Assembly: GCA_963724765.1 (NCBI GenBank)
Contig: CAVRVY010000003.1
Location: forward strand, 32,001-96,000
From: an uncultured delta proteobacterium
Lineage (GTDB): Bacteria; Desulfobacterota; Binatia; Binatales; Binataceae
Length of the DNA stretch: 64,000 nt
Direction: 5' to 3'
Under the pieces are notes generated by a model. It did no database searches. It had not been told where the DNA came from and saw nothing but the letters and a program-made list of their open reading frames with translations. Shown here piece after piece: positions 32,666 through 42,842 of the stretch (its first letter is position 1; the number at the start of each line of letters is the position of its first letter). The position numbers and the translations under genes are program-made.

Positions 32666-33712
32666 TCACCTGGACTTCGAACCAATAGCTATGTCTAAGT
32701 TGAAGCGTTTGCGCTTTCGGTAGAGAGTCGCCACATTGATGCCAAGCGTCGCGGCGGCTTGCTCCATGGTCGGGCTCTCCGCCAGCACCCGCAATATGTG
32801 CTGGCGCTCGATCTCGCCGAGGCTCACTTTGGACGAGGTCGACGTGATTGTTCCCAACGCATACTTCGCAACTGCTTCCGGAAGATTCGCCAACGTGATC
32901 GTTTCCCCCTCGCATAAAACCGCCGCTGCTTCCATTGCATTTCGCAGCTCTCGCACGTTACCGGGCCAGCGATAGCGAGTCATGACCGCTGCCGCTTCCT
33001 GGGACAAGTTCAAATTGCCACGACGGTTCCGAATCACGGCTGTGGCCAGCATACGTAGAGCCAAAGGAAGAATGTCTGTGGGACGTTCGCGTAAGGCGGG
33101 GACGCGCAGTGAAATGATGTTCAGATTATAAAAAAGGTCCTCACGAAACCGATGGGCCCTTACTTCCGGGACAAGATCGCGACTAGAAGCGGCAATAATC
33201 CGCACGTCAAGGGTCTTTTCGCCCTGGGCCGTTTTGAGCGTGCGATCCTGTACAAATTGGGCAAGTTCGACTTGAAGCGCAGGCGGAAGGTCGTCGATGC
33301 TGGCCAGAAGAAGAGTGCCACCTTCCGCTGCCTCGAATCGCTCCGATGCGCGCTTCGCTCCGATCGGCAGCGCATCCAAAGCCCAACCGGACCTTTCTCT
33401 TTCCCGGCTTTGCTGAGACAAGATAGTGCAGTCGATAATCACGAAGGGTTTCGCCCGCCGTGAACTCCAGAGATGGATCTGCCTAGCGAGTAGAGTCTTA
33501 CCGGTCCCGCTTTCGCCAGTCAGCAATATCGTCCCGTTGGAGGCAGCAGCCTGTTCGGCGTTCTCCAGCAAGCGTCGCATATCCGGACTACGCGGCTGCA
33601 GAAAAAGGGCGTCCTCCACAGCGCCCTGCGAAGTGTCAGCACTGAGACGCTTTCTTCGAAGTTTCAAGATCCGCTCTACAACGCTTTGCCCAGCGAGCGG
33701 GAAGCGCGGCAT
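32666..33712 (-). CDS. Degenerate sigma54 enhancer-binding protein: no receiver, no GAFTGA, altered Walker B
   Basis: GESGTGKT, FREDLFYNL, WPGNVREL and HTH retained. GAFTGA replaced by DALPIGA and FLDEI by LLASI. Confidence 0.85.
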   Translation of the reverse strand: MPRFPLAGQSVVERILKLRRKRLSADTSQGAVEDALFLQPRSPDMRRLLENAEQAAASNGTILLTGESGTGKTLLARQIHLWSSRRAKPFVIIDCTILSQQSRERERSGWALDALPIGAKRASERFEAAEGGTLLLASIDDLPPALQVELAQFVQDRTLKTAQGEKTLDVRIIAASSRDLVPEVRAHRFREDLFYNLNIISLRVPALRERPTDILPLALRMLATAVIRNRRGNLNLSQEAAAVMTRYRWPGNVRELRNAMEAAAVLCEGETITLANLPEAVAKYALGTITSTSSKVSLGEIERQHILRVLAESPTMEQAAATLGINVATLYRKRKRFNLDIAIGSKSR

Positions 33713-33960
33713 AGCCCTGCCGCGCTCTTTGCTTTAAGTCCTATCGACCCATCGGGCAAGGTGAAAGTACTTCCTGAAATAGACTCGTGGCCATCTGTCT
33801 TTGCGATGGAACGAATTGCTCGACACTAGATCGGATCCGCCTCAGAACCAGGATGGCCGGGATCCCACAGCTAATCCCACATCAAGCAAAGCTACCAGTA
33901 CTCAAAGCATTCCGAAAGACAATCACACCATCGTCGACTGTTCCTGCCGCTTCTGTCTGT

Positions 33961-35262
33961 TTAGAATATGACGCCGGTTTCGATCAGGCCCCGAACCTGT
34001 GAGTTATTCTTGCCCTCCTTGCCGAACACGTCGCCGGCCGTGTAGCTATTTGCTTGCACGTATGAAACCTCACCCCGGAAGAAAAACTGCTTGTACTGGA
34101 AGGTCGGCGTCAGCGTCAGAGACCAGGCGTCGCTGCCGACTCCATACAGCAGATTCGCGGCGCTGCCCGGAGGCGAATTCTCATTCCCAGTGGCTCCAAT
34201 ATATTCGGCGCGCCCAACCAGAAAGATCTTATCCGTGACAGCGTAACTTGCGAGGATTGCTCCACCTATGGTCTGGGTTGATTTACGGACCCCGATGTCC
34301 GGGTTAAACGGGATATTGGTTTCCTGGAAATAGGGCTCAATGATCCAGGGCGAATTGTTGTATTCATAGATTACGTTGTAGATCTGGCCGTTGTTATTGA
34401 GAAGTGGCGTTGCAAAATTCGAGGATTTCGCAAAGCCGGCGTTACCGCCGCCGACCAGGCTCAAGGTATTCGCGGGATTTATCGTCCATGCCAACAACCC
34501 GTCGACCCACGTATAGCTGTGCGAGTAGAAGCCATTGTTCCAGCTCACCGATGCGGCGAGCGGTCCATAAGTATAGTTGATCTGCAGGCCGCGATTGATG
34601 GCGTTCTCCTGATTCCACAGTAGCCCGCGTTCGATATTCATGTTTTCAAAAGTGAAAGTGTACTCGGCCCCAAAGAGCGTCGGGAGATTACCGGCCATGA
34701 TTGAAAAACTATCGGTGGGCGCAATCTTGAGAAAGGCAGCCGGCAAGGGGCCATAGAGTTGGTTTACCGCTTTTGCCAAGTTGACATAGGGAGTGCCGAG
34801 CGCGGGAATACCGTAACCTCCCACCTGCAGATAGTATTGAATCACGCCGTCAGCCTTCTGGATGATGGCCTCGGCGTTGCTGACGTCGATTCGGTTGTAG
34901 AAGTCGCCAACTACGGCATGGTTCTGAAATATGCCGATCCCGCTTACGACGCCGTTGACGTCGAAGTCGAAGAGGGTAGCGATAGGAGCGGGCAGGTCCG
35001 AAAGGAATGGCGCATACTTCGGAAGATTGACTTCGTTGGGCGAGGCCATCACTAGCGGCCCCACCATCGTGGGCGATGAGAGCGGCGGCACCGGAGTGGC
35101 CGCGGCAACGGGCGAGGCGCTGGCTGTCGGAGTGGCAGAATTTGCCGAAGCAGGTTGGCCCGACTGGTCGGCCCAGGCTCTGTGTTCAAGAGCAATAACC
35201 ATAGTCAGAAGCATCGCCCATATGAAGCCTCCGATCATCAAATGTTTTAGGCGCTGTATCAT
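33961..35262 (-). CDS. Outer-membrane beta-barrel porin (type found in kdp operons)
   Basis: Signal peptide, Ala/Pro linker, PTLFGAEY, amphipathic strands, C-terminal Phe (ETGVIF); directly downstream of kdpC. Confidence 0.8.
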   Translation of the reverse strand: MIQRLKHLMIGGFIWAMLLTMVIALEHRAWADQSGQPASANSATPTASASPVAAATPVPPLSSPTMVGPLVMASPNEVNLPKYAPFLSDLPAPIATLFDFDVNGVVSGIGIFQNHAVVGDFYNRIDVSNAEAIIQKADGVIQYYLQVGGYGIPALGTPYVNLAKAVNQLYGPLPAAFLKIAPTDSFSIMAGNLPTLFGAEYTFTFENMNIERGLLWNQENAINRGLQINYTYGPLAASVSWNNGFYSHSYTWVDGLLAWTINPANTLSLVGGGNAGFAKSSNFATPLLNNNGQIYNVIYEYNNSPWIIEPYFQETNIPFNPDIGVRKSTQTIGGAILASYAVTDKIFLVGRAEYIGATGNENSPPGSAANLLYGVGSDAWSLTLTPTFQYKQFFFRGEVSYVQANSYTAGDVFGKEGKNNSQVRGLIETGVIF

Positions 35263-35352
35263 GGCTGGATTTATTTCTCTTTTCTGGCTGACCGACGAGC
35301 GATCTTTACAATAGGCTGTTTTAGGCAGCCTGGTGGACAGCGCAGCTTTGCG

Positions 35353-35949
35353 TCATTTATGTGCTGTAGGCTGGCCGCCCGGGAGCTGGTCAAGCGCGAT
35401 ATTGAGTTCTACAACATTGACACCGGGTTCGCCGAGAAAGCCTGCCCAACGGGGCCGAGTGTGCAACTTGACCAAGTCCCGCACAGCCTCCTCACTGATG
35501 CCGCGGGCTTTGGCGACGCGTTGAACCTGAATTTCGGCCGCGGCAGGGCTGATCTCGGCATCCAAGCCGCTGCCCGAAGCGGTGACCATATCGACCGGAA
35601 CCTGCGAAGCCTGGACTCCTCGGTTCTCTTCCAAAACGATTTTTAGACGCTGCTTTACAGAATCGATAAAGCTTTTGTTGGTGGGACCAAGGTTGGATCC
35701 GCTCGAACTGGTTGGGTCGTACCCCTTGTCGCCTGCAGCCGACGGACGGCTGCGAAAATATCCAGGCGACTTGAAATTTTGGCCGATCAACGAAGACCCT
35801 ATTGGCACTCCGTTGCGATAAATAAGACTGCCGTCGGCTTGGGACGGGAACGCGATATGGGCCACACCTACCATCACCAGCGGATACAAAATGCCTAGCA
35901 GCACGGTCAGGACAACTGTCATCTTGATAGCGATCATCATCGAACGCAT
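35353..35949 (-). CDS. kdpC: K+-transporting ATPase subunit C
   Basis: YPL, GSSLIGQNF, YFRSRPSA, SSGSNLGPT, VTASGSGLD, GEPGVNVVELN. Confidence 0.97.
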   Translation of the reverse strand: MRSMMIAIKMTVVLTVLLGILYPLVMVGVAHIAFPSQADGSLIYRNGVPIGSSLIGQNFKSPGYFRSRPSAAGDKGYDPTSSSGSNLGPTNKSFIDSVKQRLKIVLEENRGVQASQVPVDMVTASGSGLDAEISPAAAEIQVQRVAKARGISEEAVRDLVKLHTRPRWAGFLGEPGVNVVELNIALDQLPGGQPTAHK

Positions 35950-35961
35950 TTTTAGTCTCCC

Positions 35962-38019
35962 TCAGGCCAAATGGGCGGCGGTAATCAGCAAGTCAATCAC
36001 CTTGATGCCGATAAACGGAGCGATGATGCCGCCCACACCATAAATGAGAAGGTTGCGAGTGAGTATGCCGGTTGCTCCGACAGGACGATACTGCACGCCG
36101 CGCAGAGCCAGCGGAATCAGAGCTATGATAATCAGGGCATTGAAAATCACCGCAGACAGGATTGCGCTCTCCGGAGTCGCCAAATGCATGATGTTCAATG
36201 ATTGCAGCTCCGGATAGGCCAGCAGAAACATAGCGGGGATGATCGCAAAATATTTCGCCACGTCATTCGCGACTGAAAACGTAGTCAGGGCGCCGCGTGT
36301 AATCAGCAACTGCTTACCGATTTCGACCACTTCCATGATCTTGGTCGGGTTGGAATCAAGATCCACCATGTTCCCGGCTTCACGCGCGGCTTGTGTACCG
36401 GCATTCATCGCGACCCCGACGTCAGCTTGCGCCAGGGCTGGAGCGTCATTGGTGCCGTCGCCAATCATGGCTACCAGCTTGCCTTGAGCCTGCTCATCGC
36501 GAATCAAGCGCAACTTGGTTTCTGGCGTCGCCTCGGCCTGAAAATCGTCGACCCCGGCTTCGTGGGCGATTGCGGCCGCGGTCAGCCGGTTGTCGCCGGT
36601 GATCATCACGGTCCGCAACCCCATCGCGCGCATCCGCGCAAAGCGCTCCCGGATGCCCTCCTTGATTATGTCTTTGAGGTGGATCACGCCGAGAACCCGA
36701 CTACCGTCGGCCACCACGAGAGGAGTCCCGCCGCTCTTTGCGATCCGCTCGACCATGCTCTCGAGCTCAGTCGGGATCTTGCCACCGCCGTCGCGCACGA
36801 ACTTCACTATCTGTTCGGTGGCACCTTTGCGGATTTTGCGCCCGTTTAGGTTTACTCCGCTCATCCGTGTCTGCGCCGAAAATGGCACGAACTCAGCCTC
36901 CTTCTCAGAGAGCTGGCGTCCGCGGATGCTGAACTCACGCTTGGCCAAGACCACGATCGATCGTCCTTCGGGAGTCTCGTCCGCCAATGACGCGAGTTGC
37001 GCGGCATCGGCCAGTTCCTCAACCGGAACATCCAGCACCGGAAGGAACTCGGTCGCCATCCGGTTGCCGAGCGTGATCGTACCGGTCTTATCAAGCAGGA
37101 GCGTATCCACGTCGCCCGCTGCTTCCACCGCGCGACCTGACATGGCCAGCACGTTGTGCTGCACCAGCCGGTCCATTCCAGCAATACCGATTGCGGACAG
37201 TAGTCCTCCGATCGTGGTCGGGATCAGGCAAACCAGCAGGGCAACCAGCACCGGTAGTGTCAGCGACGCGTGGGCATAGATCCCAAAAGGATAAAGGCTC
37301 ACGCAAACCAGCATGAATACCAGTGTCAAGCCAGCCAGCAGGATGCTTAGTGCGATCTCGTTGGGCGTCTTCTTGCGCTCCGCGCCCTCGACCAAGGCGA
37401 TCATCTTGTCGAGGAAAGTCTCGCCAGGATTCGCGGTGATCCTTACCCTAATCCAGTCGGAGATAACCGTAGTGCCGCCCGTCACCGCGCTGCGATCCCC
37501 ACCGCTCTGCCTAATCACTGGCGCCGATTCGCCGGTAATCGCAGCCTCGTTGACGGCCGCCACACCCTCGACCACCTCGCCATCGCTGGGAATGATATCG
37601 CCGGCGCGCACGATCACCACGTCGCCGCGGCGCAGCGAAGTCGCAGGCACTATTTCCTCTTTACCCGCCCGCAGTATCTTAGCCTGAGTCTCGGTGCGGG
37701 TTTTGCGCAGGTTGTCGGCCTGCGCCTTACCGCGCCCCTCCGCCATAGCTTCGGCAAAGTTGGCGAACAGCACGGTGAACCATAGCCACAGCGCAATCTG
37801 CAGCTCGAAACCGATCAGCGCGCCGTGCCCAGTGAACAGGTCTCGGCCAAGAATCAGCGTTACCGCCAATGCGGTAACCTCCACCACGAACATCACCGGA
37901 TTACGCGCTTGGATGCGGGGATCGAGCTTGCCCAGCGATTCGATCGCCGCGCGTTTTACGATTTCAGGTTCCCACAAGGGGGTTGGTTTGCGTTCAGTTA
38001 GTTCAGCCACTGCCGTCAT
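35962..38019 (-). CDS. kdpB: K+-transporting P-type ATPase subunit B
   Basis: [46 protein letters not shown]. Confidence 0.98.
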   Translation of the reverse strand: MTAVAELTERKPTPLWEPEIVKRAAIESLGKLDPRIQARNPVMFVVEVTALAVTLILGRDLFTGHGALIGFELQIALWLWFTVLFANFAEAMAEGRGKAQADNLRKTRTETQAKILRAGKEEIVPATSLRRGDVVIVRAGDIIPSDGEVVEGVAAVNEAAITGESAPVIRQSGGDRSAVTGGTTVISDWIRVRITANPGETFLDKMIALVEGAERKKTPNEIALSILLAGLTLVFMLVCVSLYPFGIYAHASLTLPVLVALLVCLIPTTIGGLLSAIGIAGMDRLVQHNVLAMSGRAVEAAGDVDTLLLDKTGTITLGNRMATEFLPVLDVPVEELADAAQLASLADETPEGRSIVVLAKREFSIRGRQLSEKEAEFVPFSAQTRMSGVNLNGRKIRKGATEQIVKFVRDGGGKIPTELESMVERIAKSGGTPLVVADGSRVLGVIHLKDIIKEGIRERFARMRAMGLRTVMITGDNRLTAAAIAHEAGVDDFQAEATPETKLRLIRDEQAQGKLVAMIGDGTNDAPALAQADVGVAMNAGTQAAREAGNMVDLDSNPTKIMEVVEIGKQLLITRGALTTFSVANDVAKYFAIIPAMFLLAYPELQSLNIMHLATPESAILSAVIFNALIIIALIPLALRGVQYRPVGATGILTRNLLIYGVGGIIAPFIGIKVIDLLITAAHLA

Positions 38020-38026
38020 GCCTCAT

Positions 38027-39754
38027 TCAGTAAAGTTTTCCGCCCAGCATCGCGAGATGTTCAACAATCGGGCCCAGCGCCCAGGAAGCGAAGAAGGTCA
38101 GGGCACCGACGATAAGCACTACCGCTGCGAGCAGGATCACAAAAAGTATCCCGTTGGTAGGAAATGTGCCCGCGCTCACAGGTGCCGCCTTCTTCTCTAC
38201 AAGCGAGCCGGCGATCGCCAGCACAGGGATCATCGTGCCGAACCGTCCGAACAACATCACGGCGCCGAGCACGGCGTTATAGAACATAGTATTCGCGTTC
38301 AGGCCCGCAAACGCCGATCCGTTGTTCGCAGCGGACGAAGAAAACGCATAGAGGATTTCTGAGAAGCCATGCGGTCCGGAGTTGGCGATTGAGGACAGCG
38401 CACCTTTGTTGAGCACCGCTACCGCAGTCGGAAGCAGTATCACCGCTGCGAAAATCAGGATATAGAGCATCGCAAGTTTCATCTCGCGGGCCTGTATCTT
38501 TTTGCCCAAATATTCTGGCGTACGCCCCACCATCAGTCCCGCAATGAACACCGTCAAAACCGCCATAACGATCATGCCCGCGAGCCCGGTGCCCACGCCG
38601 CCGAATACGACTTCTCCTAAATGCAGGTTAAACAGCGGCACCAATCCGCCCAGCGGAGTGAAGCTGTCGTGCATCGCGTTTACCGAGCCATTGGAAGCAT
38701 CCGTGGTAGCGGTAGCCCAGATGGTTGAATTGACGATCCCGAAGCGCACCTCCTTGCCTTCCATATTGCCGCCGCTCTGCTGGGCGCTTGCGGTCTGATT
38801 AATGCCGATCGAAGCAAACTGCGGGTTGCCGCGCTGCTCAGCCCACGTACAGACGACTACTGCACCAAGAAAAAGCAGTCCCATGGTGCCGTATAGTGCC
38901 CATCCCTGGCGCCTGTCGCCGGCCATCTTGCCGAACGTATGTGGCAACCCGGCACCAATGGCGAAGATCGCCAGCACTTCGAGGAAGTTCGTAAGTGGTG
39001 TGGGATTCTCGAACGGATGGGCCGAGTTTGCGTTAAAGAAGCCGCCGCCATTAGTGCCGAGCTGCTTGATCGCGATCTGCGACGCCACCGGTCCTTGCGC
39101 AATCGATTGCGTCCCTTTCTCTATGGTTTTTACCGGAGTATAGGGGCTGAGGTTTTGCGGCACGCCCTGCCACACCAAAACCAGCGCAAATACGACACAG
39201 ATCGGAAGCAACACCCAGAGCGTGCTGCGCACGAGGTCGTACCAGAAGTTCCCCAGCGTCCGGCCGCCGTGTCGCACAAAACCCCGGATGACCGCGATCG
39301 CGATCGCCAGGCCCGCAGCAGCCGAAACGAAGTTGTGGAACGCGAGTCCCGCCATCTGGGTCAGGTAACTCATGGTCGATTCCCCCGAGTACGCCTGCCA
39401 GTTCGTGTTCGTCGTAAAGCTTGCCGCCGTGTTGAACGCCAGACCCGGTTCCACCCCGGCGAAACTCTGCGGATTGAGCGGTAGAAAATACTGCAAACGC
39501 TCGAGCGCGTAGAGCAGGACCATGCCGATGACGCTGAAAAACAACATCGAGACGGTGTATTCGACCCAGGTCTGCTCTGTCGCTGGCTGAACACCGCACA
39601 GCCGGTAGATCAGCCGCTCAAGCGGCAGCAGCACGGGGTCCAGAAACGTCCGCTCGCCGGCAAACACGCGCGCCATGTAGAGTCCCAGCGGCACGCTGAC
39701 CAAAGTGACGACTAGCGAAAAGAAGCCTATTTGAATGAGTGCATTACTGAACAC
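38027..39754 (-). CDS. kdpA: K+-transporting ATPase subunit A
   Basis: SFTTNTNWQAY, LGTNGGGFF, SNGSVN, NNGSAFAG selectivity-filter motifs. Confidence 0.98.
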   Translation of the reverse strand: MFSNALIQIGFFSLVVTLVSVPLGLYMARVFAGERTFLDPVLLPLERLIYRLCGVQPATEQTWVEYTVSMLFFSVIGMVLLYALERLQYFLPLNPQSFAGVEPGLAFNTAASFTTNTNWQAYSGESTMSYLTQMAGLAFHNFVSAAAGLAIAIAVIRGFVRHGGRTLGNFWYDLVRSTLWVLLPICVVFALVLVWQGVPQNLSPYTPVKTIEKGTQSIAQGPVASQIAIKQLGTNGGGFFNANSAHPFENPTPLTNFLEVLAIFAIGAGLPHTFGKMAGDRRQGWALYGTMGLLFLGAVVVCTWAEQRGNPQFASIGINQTASAQQSGGNMEGKEVRFGIVNSTIWATATTDASNGSVNAMHDSFTPLGGLVPLFNLHLGEVVFGGVGTGLAGMIVMAVLTVFIAGLMVGRTPEYLGKKIQAREMKLAMLYILIFAAVILLPTAVAVLNKGALSSIANSGPHGFSEILYAFSSSAANNGSAFAGLNANTMFYNAVLGAVMLFGRFGTMIPVLAIAGSLVEKKAAPVSAGTFPTNGILFVILLAAVVLIVGALTFFASWALGPIVEHLAMLGGKLY

Positions 39755-39770
39755 TATCGTCTCTCACGAG

Positions 39771-39863
39771 TTAGAATTTCTCTGGCCGCAGCAGCGCGTA
39801 CACCAGATAGACCGTCAGACCCACAGCCATGACAAGGCCCATTACTATTTCCCAGGGACTCAT
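39771..39863 (-). CDS. kdpF: K+-transporting ATPase subunit F (missed by the ORF track)
   Basis: Manual translation MSPWEIVMGLVMAVGLTVYLVYALLRPEKF with the YL.YAL..PEKF signature. Confidence 0.92.
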   Translation of the reverse strand: MSPWEIVMGLVMAVGLTVYLVYALLRPEKF

Positions 39864-39943
39864 AGTTTTCCGCACCCCCGTACATAGGCAAGCGCCAGCA
39901 TAAAGAACGCCACGGTTCCGGCTAAAAATATTGCGTCCAACAT
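39860..39943 (-). CDS. 27-aa hydrophobic peptide upstream of kdpF (KdpZ/KdpG-like)
   Basis: MLDAIFLAGTVAFFMLALAYVRGCGKL; its TGA overlaps the kdpF ATG (ATGA). Confidence 0.75.
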   Translation of the reverse strand: MLDAIFLAGTVAFFMLALAYVRGCGKL

Positions 39944-40002
39944 CTCGGATCTCTCTAGGGACACCAACGTTTAAAATTTAAGTGACTGTCATCATCCGGT
40001 GA

Positions 40003-40017
40003 GCATAGAACGTGCCG
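40003..40017 (-). promoter_or_regulatory. Sigma54 promoter of the kdp operon
   Basis: Minus strand CGGCACGTTCTATGC (GGCACG-N4-ATGC, GG-N10-GC), 60 nt upstream of the first start. Confidence 0.8.
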
Positions 40018-40069
40018 TATCACGATCCTTGTGAAAAAGACTAAATCTTTTTCAGCCGCGTGCCGACAA

Positions 40070-40086
40070 TGCGGATTGCAGCAATG
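40070..40086. promoter_or_regulatory. Putative enhancer (UAS) motif
   Basis: TGCGGATTGCAGCAATG; 16/17 identical to 29708-29724, with a related inverted copy at 28617-28633. Confidence 0.65.
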
Positions 40087-40490
40087 TCGGATGGATTCTG
40101 CATGGATACGGAAGAGCTTGGCCATCTGCCCAATCGACAAATCTCTCGTCGAGAGCAAACAGGTGCCCCATTCGCGTCAAGGCAGAACCGTGACGATACG
40201 ACTGACGGCTATGGCTATATAGAGGACTCTGCCGGGGGCATTCTCAGGAGGAGGCCGTTACCTACACATCGACGTTCGATATGCCGATCGACAATAGCCG
40301 ACAGGACGCCGAAGACTTTTGATCGATTTAAGTTTCGACGTCGTGAAACGACTGTTCGCTCTGATCACGCGGACCCTGGCCCCACCGGTTCCGTGATGCG
40401 TCATTGCGGGGCCGTTGAAGATATAATCCAGCATCAAATGAGACCGACTCGCGATTCAAGCTGCCCTCAAAACCCCGCCGGGTTGCCGTT

Positions 40491-41525
40491 ATGGTGATAT
40501 TGACCTTTGCTACGCTGGTCCTCGTCGCAGTTCTGCTCGGACCGGTTTTCGTCGAAGCGATCGAACGGAACGTCGAGGTGTTTTTCCTGCTCATTGGAGT
40601 ATTGACCGCCTGCGTGATGGGGCAATTCAACATGGCGCTCGTTTCGGCAGCCGTGAGTGAGCCGCTGGCATTCACGTTGGCAGTACTGGTCTTTGGCGCC
40701 AGTTTCCGTCTCCTGAGGGACTCTCTCGATCAACTGTTTCGTCGGGTAATCAACGTGCTGAACCCGCGGATTCTGTGCTTCTCTCTCGCTATCATACTGG
40801 GCTTCCTAGCAGCCTTCATAACTCCGGTTGTAGCGGCCCTTGTGTTTGTGGAGGCAATTTCCCTGCTTCGTTGCGACCGAGGGGTCGAAATCGCCGCTAC
40901 GGTTTTTGCATGCTTTGCGATCGGCATAGGCGCGGGCCTGACGCCTTTGGGCATGCCTGGTATTGCAGTTGTTCTCCGCTCTTTGCACGTCGACTTTTGG
41001 TATCTTGCGGATCTCCTGGGCCCGTTCATTGTCGTAGGAGTCATTCTAGCCGCGATCCCCACCTTGTTTTTGCCGTTCGCTTCCAACAAGCCGCTGGACG
41101 CAGCCGAAGAGAAAGATTCCTGGAGACTTGTCCTGTTGGTTCGCCCCGGTAAAGTGTACATTTTTATTGCCGGACTCGTCGCGCTTTCGGATGGGCTTAG
41201 ACCTTTAGTCGATGCCTACATCCATCGCCTTCCCAACGGACTACTGTTTTGGCTTAATACTATCTCTGCAGTTGTCAACAATTCGACTTTGGCGGCCGTA
41301 GAGATAGGACCGTCTCTGAGTATGAATCAGCAGCGCTCGGCGTTACTCGGCCTGCTAGTTAGCGGAGGGGCGCTTGTCACTGGTAACATACCCAATATCG
41401 TCGCCGCGAGCCGGTTGCGAATCACGACCCGCGAGTGGGCGAGGATCGGCCTTGGCACCGCGGCTGTTTTGCTGATTCTCTGTTTCGCGGTTTTGAGCTC
41501 GATGGCTTTTTTCGGTAGGTCTTGA
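40491..41525 (+). CDS. DUF1646-family membrane protein (ion-transporter-like)
   Basis: IERNVEVFFL, CFAIGIGAGLTPLG, FWLNTISAVVNNSTLAAVEI, GLLVSGG..GNIPNI; many TM segments. Confidence 0.8.
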   Translation: MVILTFATLVLVAVLLGPVFVEAIERNVEVFFLLIGVLTACVMGQFNMALVSAAVSEPLAFTLAVLVFGASFRLLRDSLDQLFRRVINVLNPRILCFSLAIILGFLAAFITPVVAALVFVEAISLLRCDRGVEIAATVFACFAIGIGAGLTPLGMPGIAVVLRSLHVDFWYLADLLGPFIVVGVILAAIPTLFLPFASNKPLDAAEEKDSWRLVLLVRPGKVYIFIAGLVALSDGLRPLVDAYIHRLPNGLLFWLNTISAVVNNSTLAAVEIGPSLSMNQQRSALLGLLVSGGALVTGNIPNIVAASRLRITTREWARIGLGTAAVLLILCFAVLSSMAFFGRS

Positions 41526-41555
41526 CTCCGTTTATTTTCTGGGCGAGGAAGAAGA

Positions 41556-42023
41556 ATGAAAATAGAAAAGATTATGGTGCCTACGGACTTTTCCGAGCAT
41601 TCGCTCATGGCGCTAAAGTACGCGATAGAATTAACCCGCGAGCATGGACCCGAAGTGGTGCTCGTTCACGTAGTTGAGCCGTTACCCTACGGGATCGCGC
41701 GTTGGTCTGAGCCCACAAAATTACTCGAGCATTACGCTGAGACGGCCTCGGCTGAGCTCGAGCGTTTCGAGAAAGAAGCAACGCAGCTGTACCAAAACTG
41801 CCGCTCCGAACTCCATTTTGGCGTCGTTCACGAAGTAATCGGGAATCTGGTGAGCAAGCTCAAAGTGGATCTCATCGTCATGTCCATGCGCGGACAAACT
41901 CACTTACTTGACCTTTTGATTGGCGGCACGGCTGAAAAAATCCTCCATTATGTACCATGCCCTGTCCTCAGGATACGCACGGTCAGTGACCCAAAACCGA
42001 AAATTAGGAAGGCGACGGGTTGA
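41556..42023 (+). CDS. Universal stress protein
   Basis: KIMVPTDFSEHS, LVHVVE, DLIVM, IGGTAEKILHYVPCPVL. Confidence 0.92.
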   Translation: MKIEKIMVPTDFSEHSLMALKYAIELTREHGPEVVLVHVVEPLPYGIARWSEPTKLLEHYAETASAELERFEKEATQLYQNCRSELHFGVVHEVIGNLVSKLKVDLIVMSMRGQTHLLDLLIGGTAEKILHYVPCPVLRIRTVSDPKPKIRKATG

Positions 42024-42171
42024 GGATTCGGCCCGGTGCAATCAGTTAGTGTCGAGGCACCAATGCATTTTCGTCTGGACCGATGACCAATGGGCAACCT
42101 CGCGATCTCGGTCGAAACCAGGAGCCCTTCCGACGCCCTGGGGATCTCACCTTAGCCCAAGCATAACAGCC

Positions 42172-42240
42172 GTGCCTACTGAAAACTCGGAAAGCATGGA
42201 AAAGTCTAGCGATTTATTCTGTCCGGCCGTAGTGTCAGCA
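42172..42240 (+). mobile_element. Solo IS481-like left-end remnant
   Basis: GTGCCTACTGAAAACTCGGAAAGCATGGAAAAGTCTAGCGATTTAT resembles the left end at 18134. Confidence 0.7.
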
Positions 42241-42249
42241 TCACTGGCT

Positions 42250-42556
42250 TTGCAGGGTCTTGGTCGGGCACTACGCCTACTACGGCCTGCCAGGAAACTG
42301 GCGCAAGCTGGCAAGCTTTCGCTGCCAGGTGGAACGCATCTGGTACCGTGTGCTGGCGCGCCGCAGTCAGCGGCATTCGAACTGGGACCAGTACGCACGG
42401 CTGCTCGAGCGCTTCCCTCTCCCTCAACCCCGTCTGGTTGCCGCTCCGGTGGTGGTCGCCGGCTGAAATCGGGATAAACCTCAAGAAGAGCCGAGTACGG
42501 GAAATCCGTCCGCTCGGATCTGTGAGGGCAAAAGCCTAATGGCTGAGCTACTCGAC
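42250..42556 (+). mobile_element. Group II intron 3' remnant: RT/maturase C-terminus plus domains V-VI
   Basis: GHYAYYG..GN...W.RVL.RRSQR..W...LERFPLP maturase tail. DV GAGCCGAGTACGGGAAATCCGTCCGCTCGGATC (42488-42520); 3' end CTACTCGAC. Confidence 0.85.
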
Positions 42557-42786
42557 TAAGGGACAGGGTGATAGAAACCGCGATCGCTCGAGATGCCTCG
42601 CTCGCGGCCGCCAGCGAGTCCTCGATGCTGAGAAATTCCGCGTGGCGTCTGCCAAATCCGCGCGCGTCCGGCAAACGCGATGGCGCTTTTACGACGACTC
42701 TGCAAAATGAATTGATGCCTTGCAAATCCAAACCTTCACAGAGTCCAAACGGGCCAAAACATCCCGATTGGCCTCGGGCTTTCCGC

Positions 42787-42801
42787 GGGCATAGTTCCTG
42801 C
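42787..42801 (+). promoter_or_regulatory. Sigma54 promoter of P-II-like gene 2
   Basis: GGGCATAGTTCCTGC (GG-N10-GC), nearly identical to the promoter at 28531-28545. Confidence 0.7.
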
Positions 42802-42842
42802 TCCATAAGTGCATGGAGATTTGCCAAACCAAACAAGCGCGT

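Noticed and set aside
42250-42466. Retron, DGR or defence-associated reverse transcriptase
   Set aside because: Only a maturase tail followed by intron DV/DVI; no RT catalytic domain or template/variable repeats.
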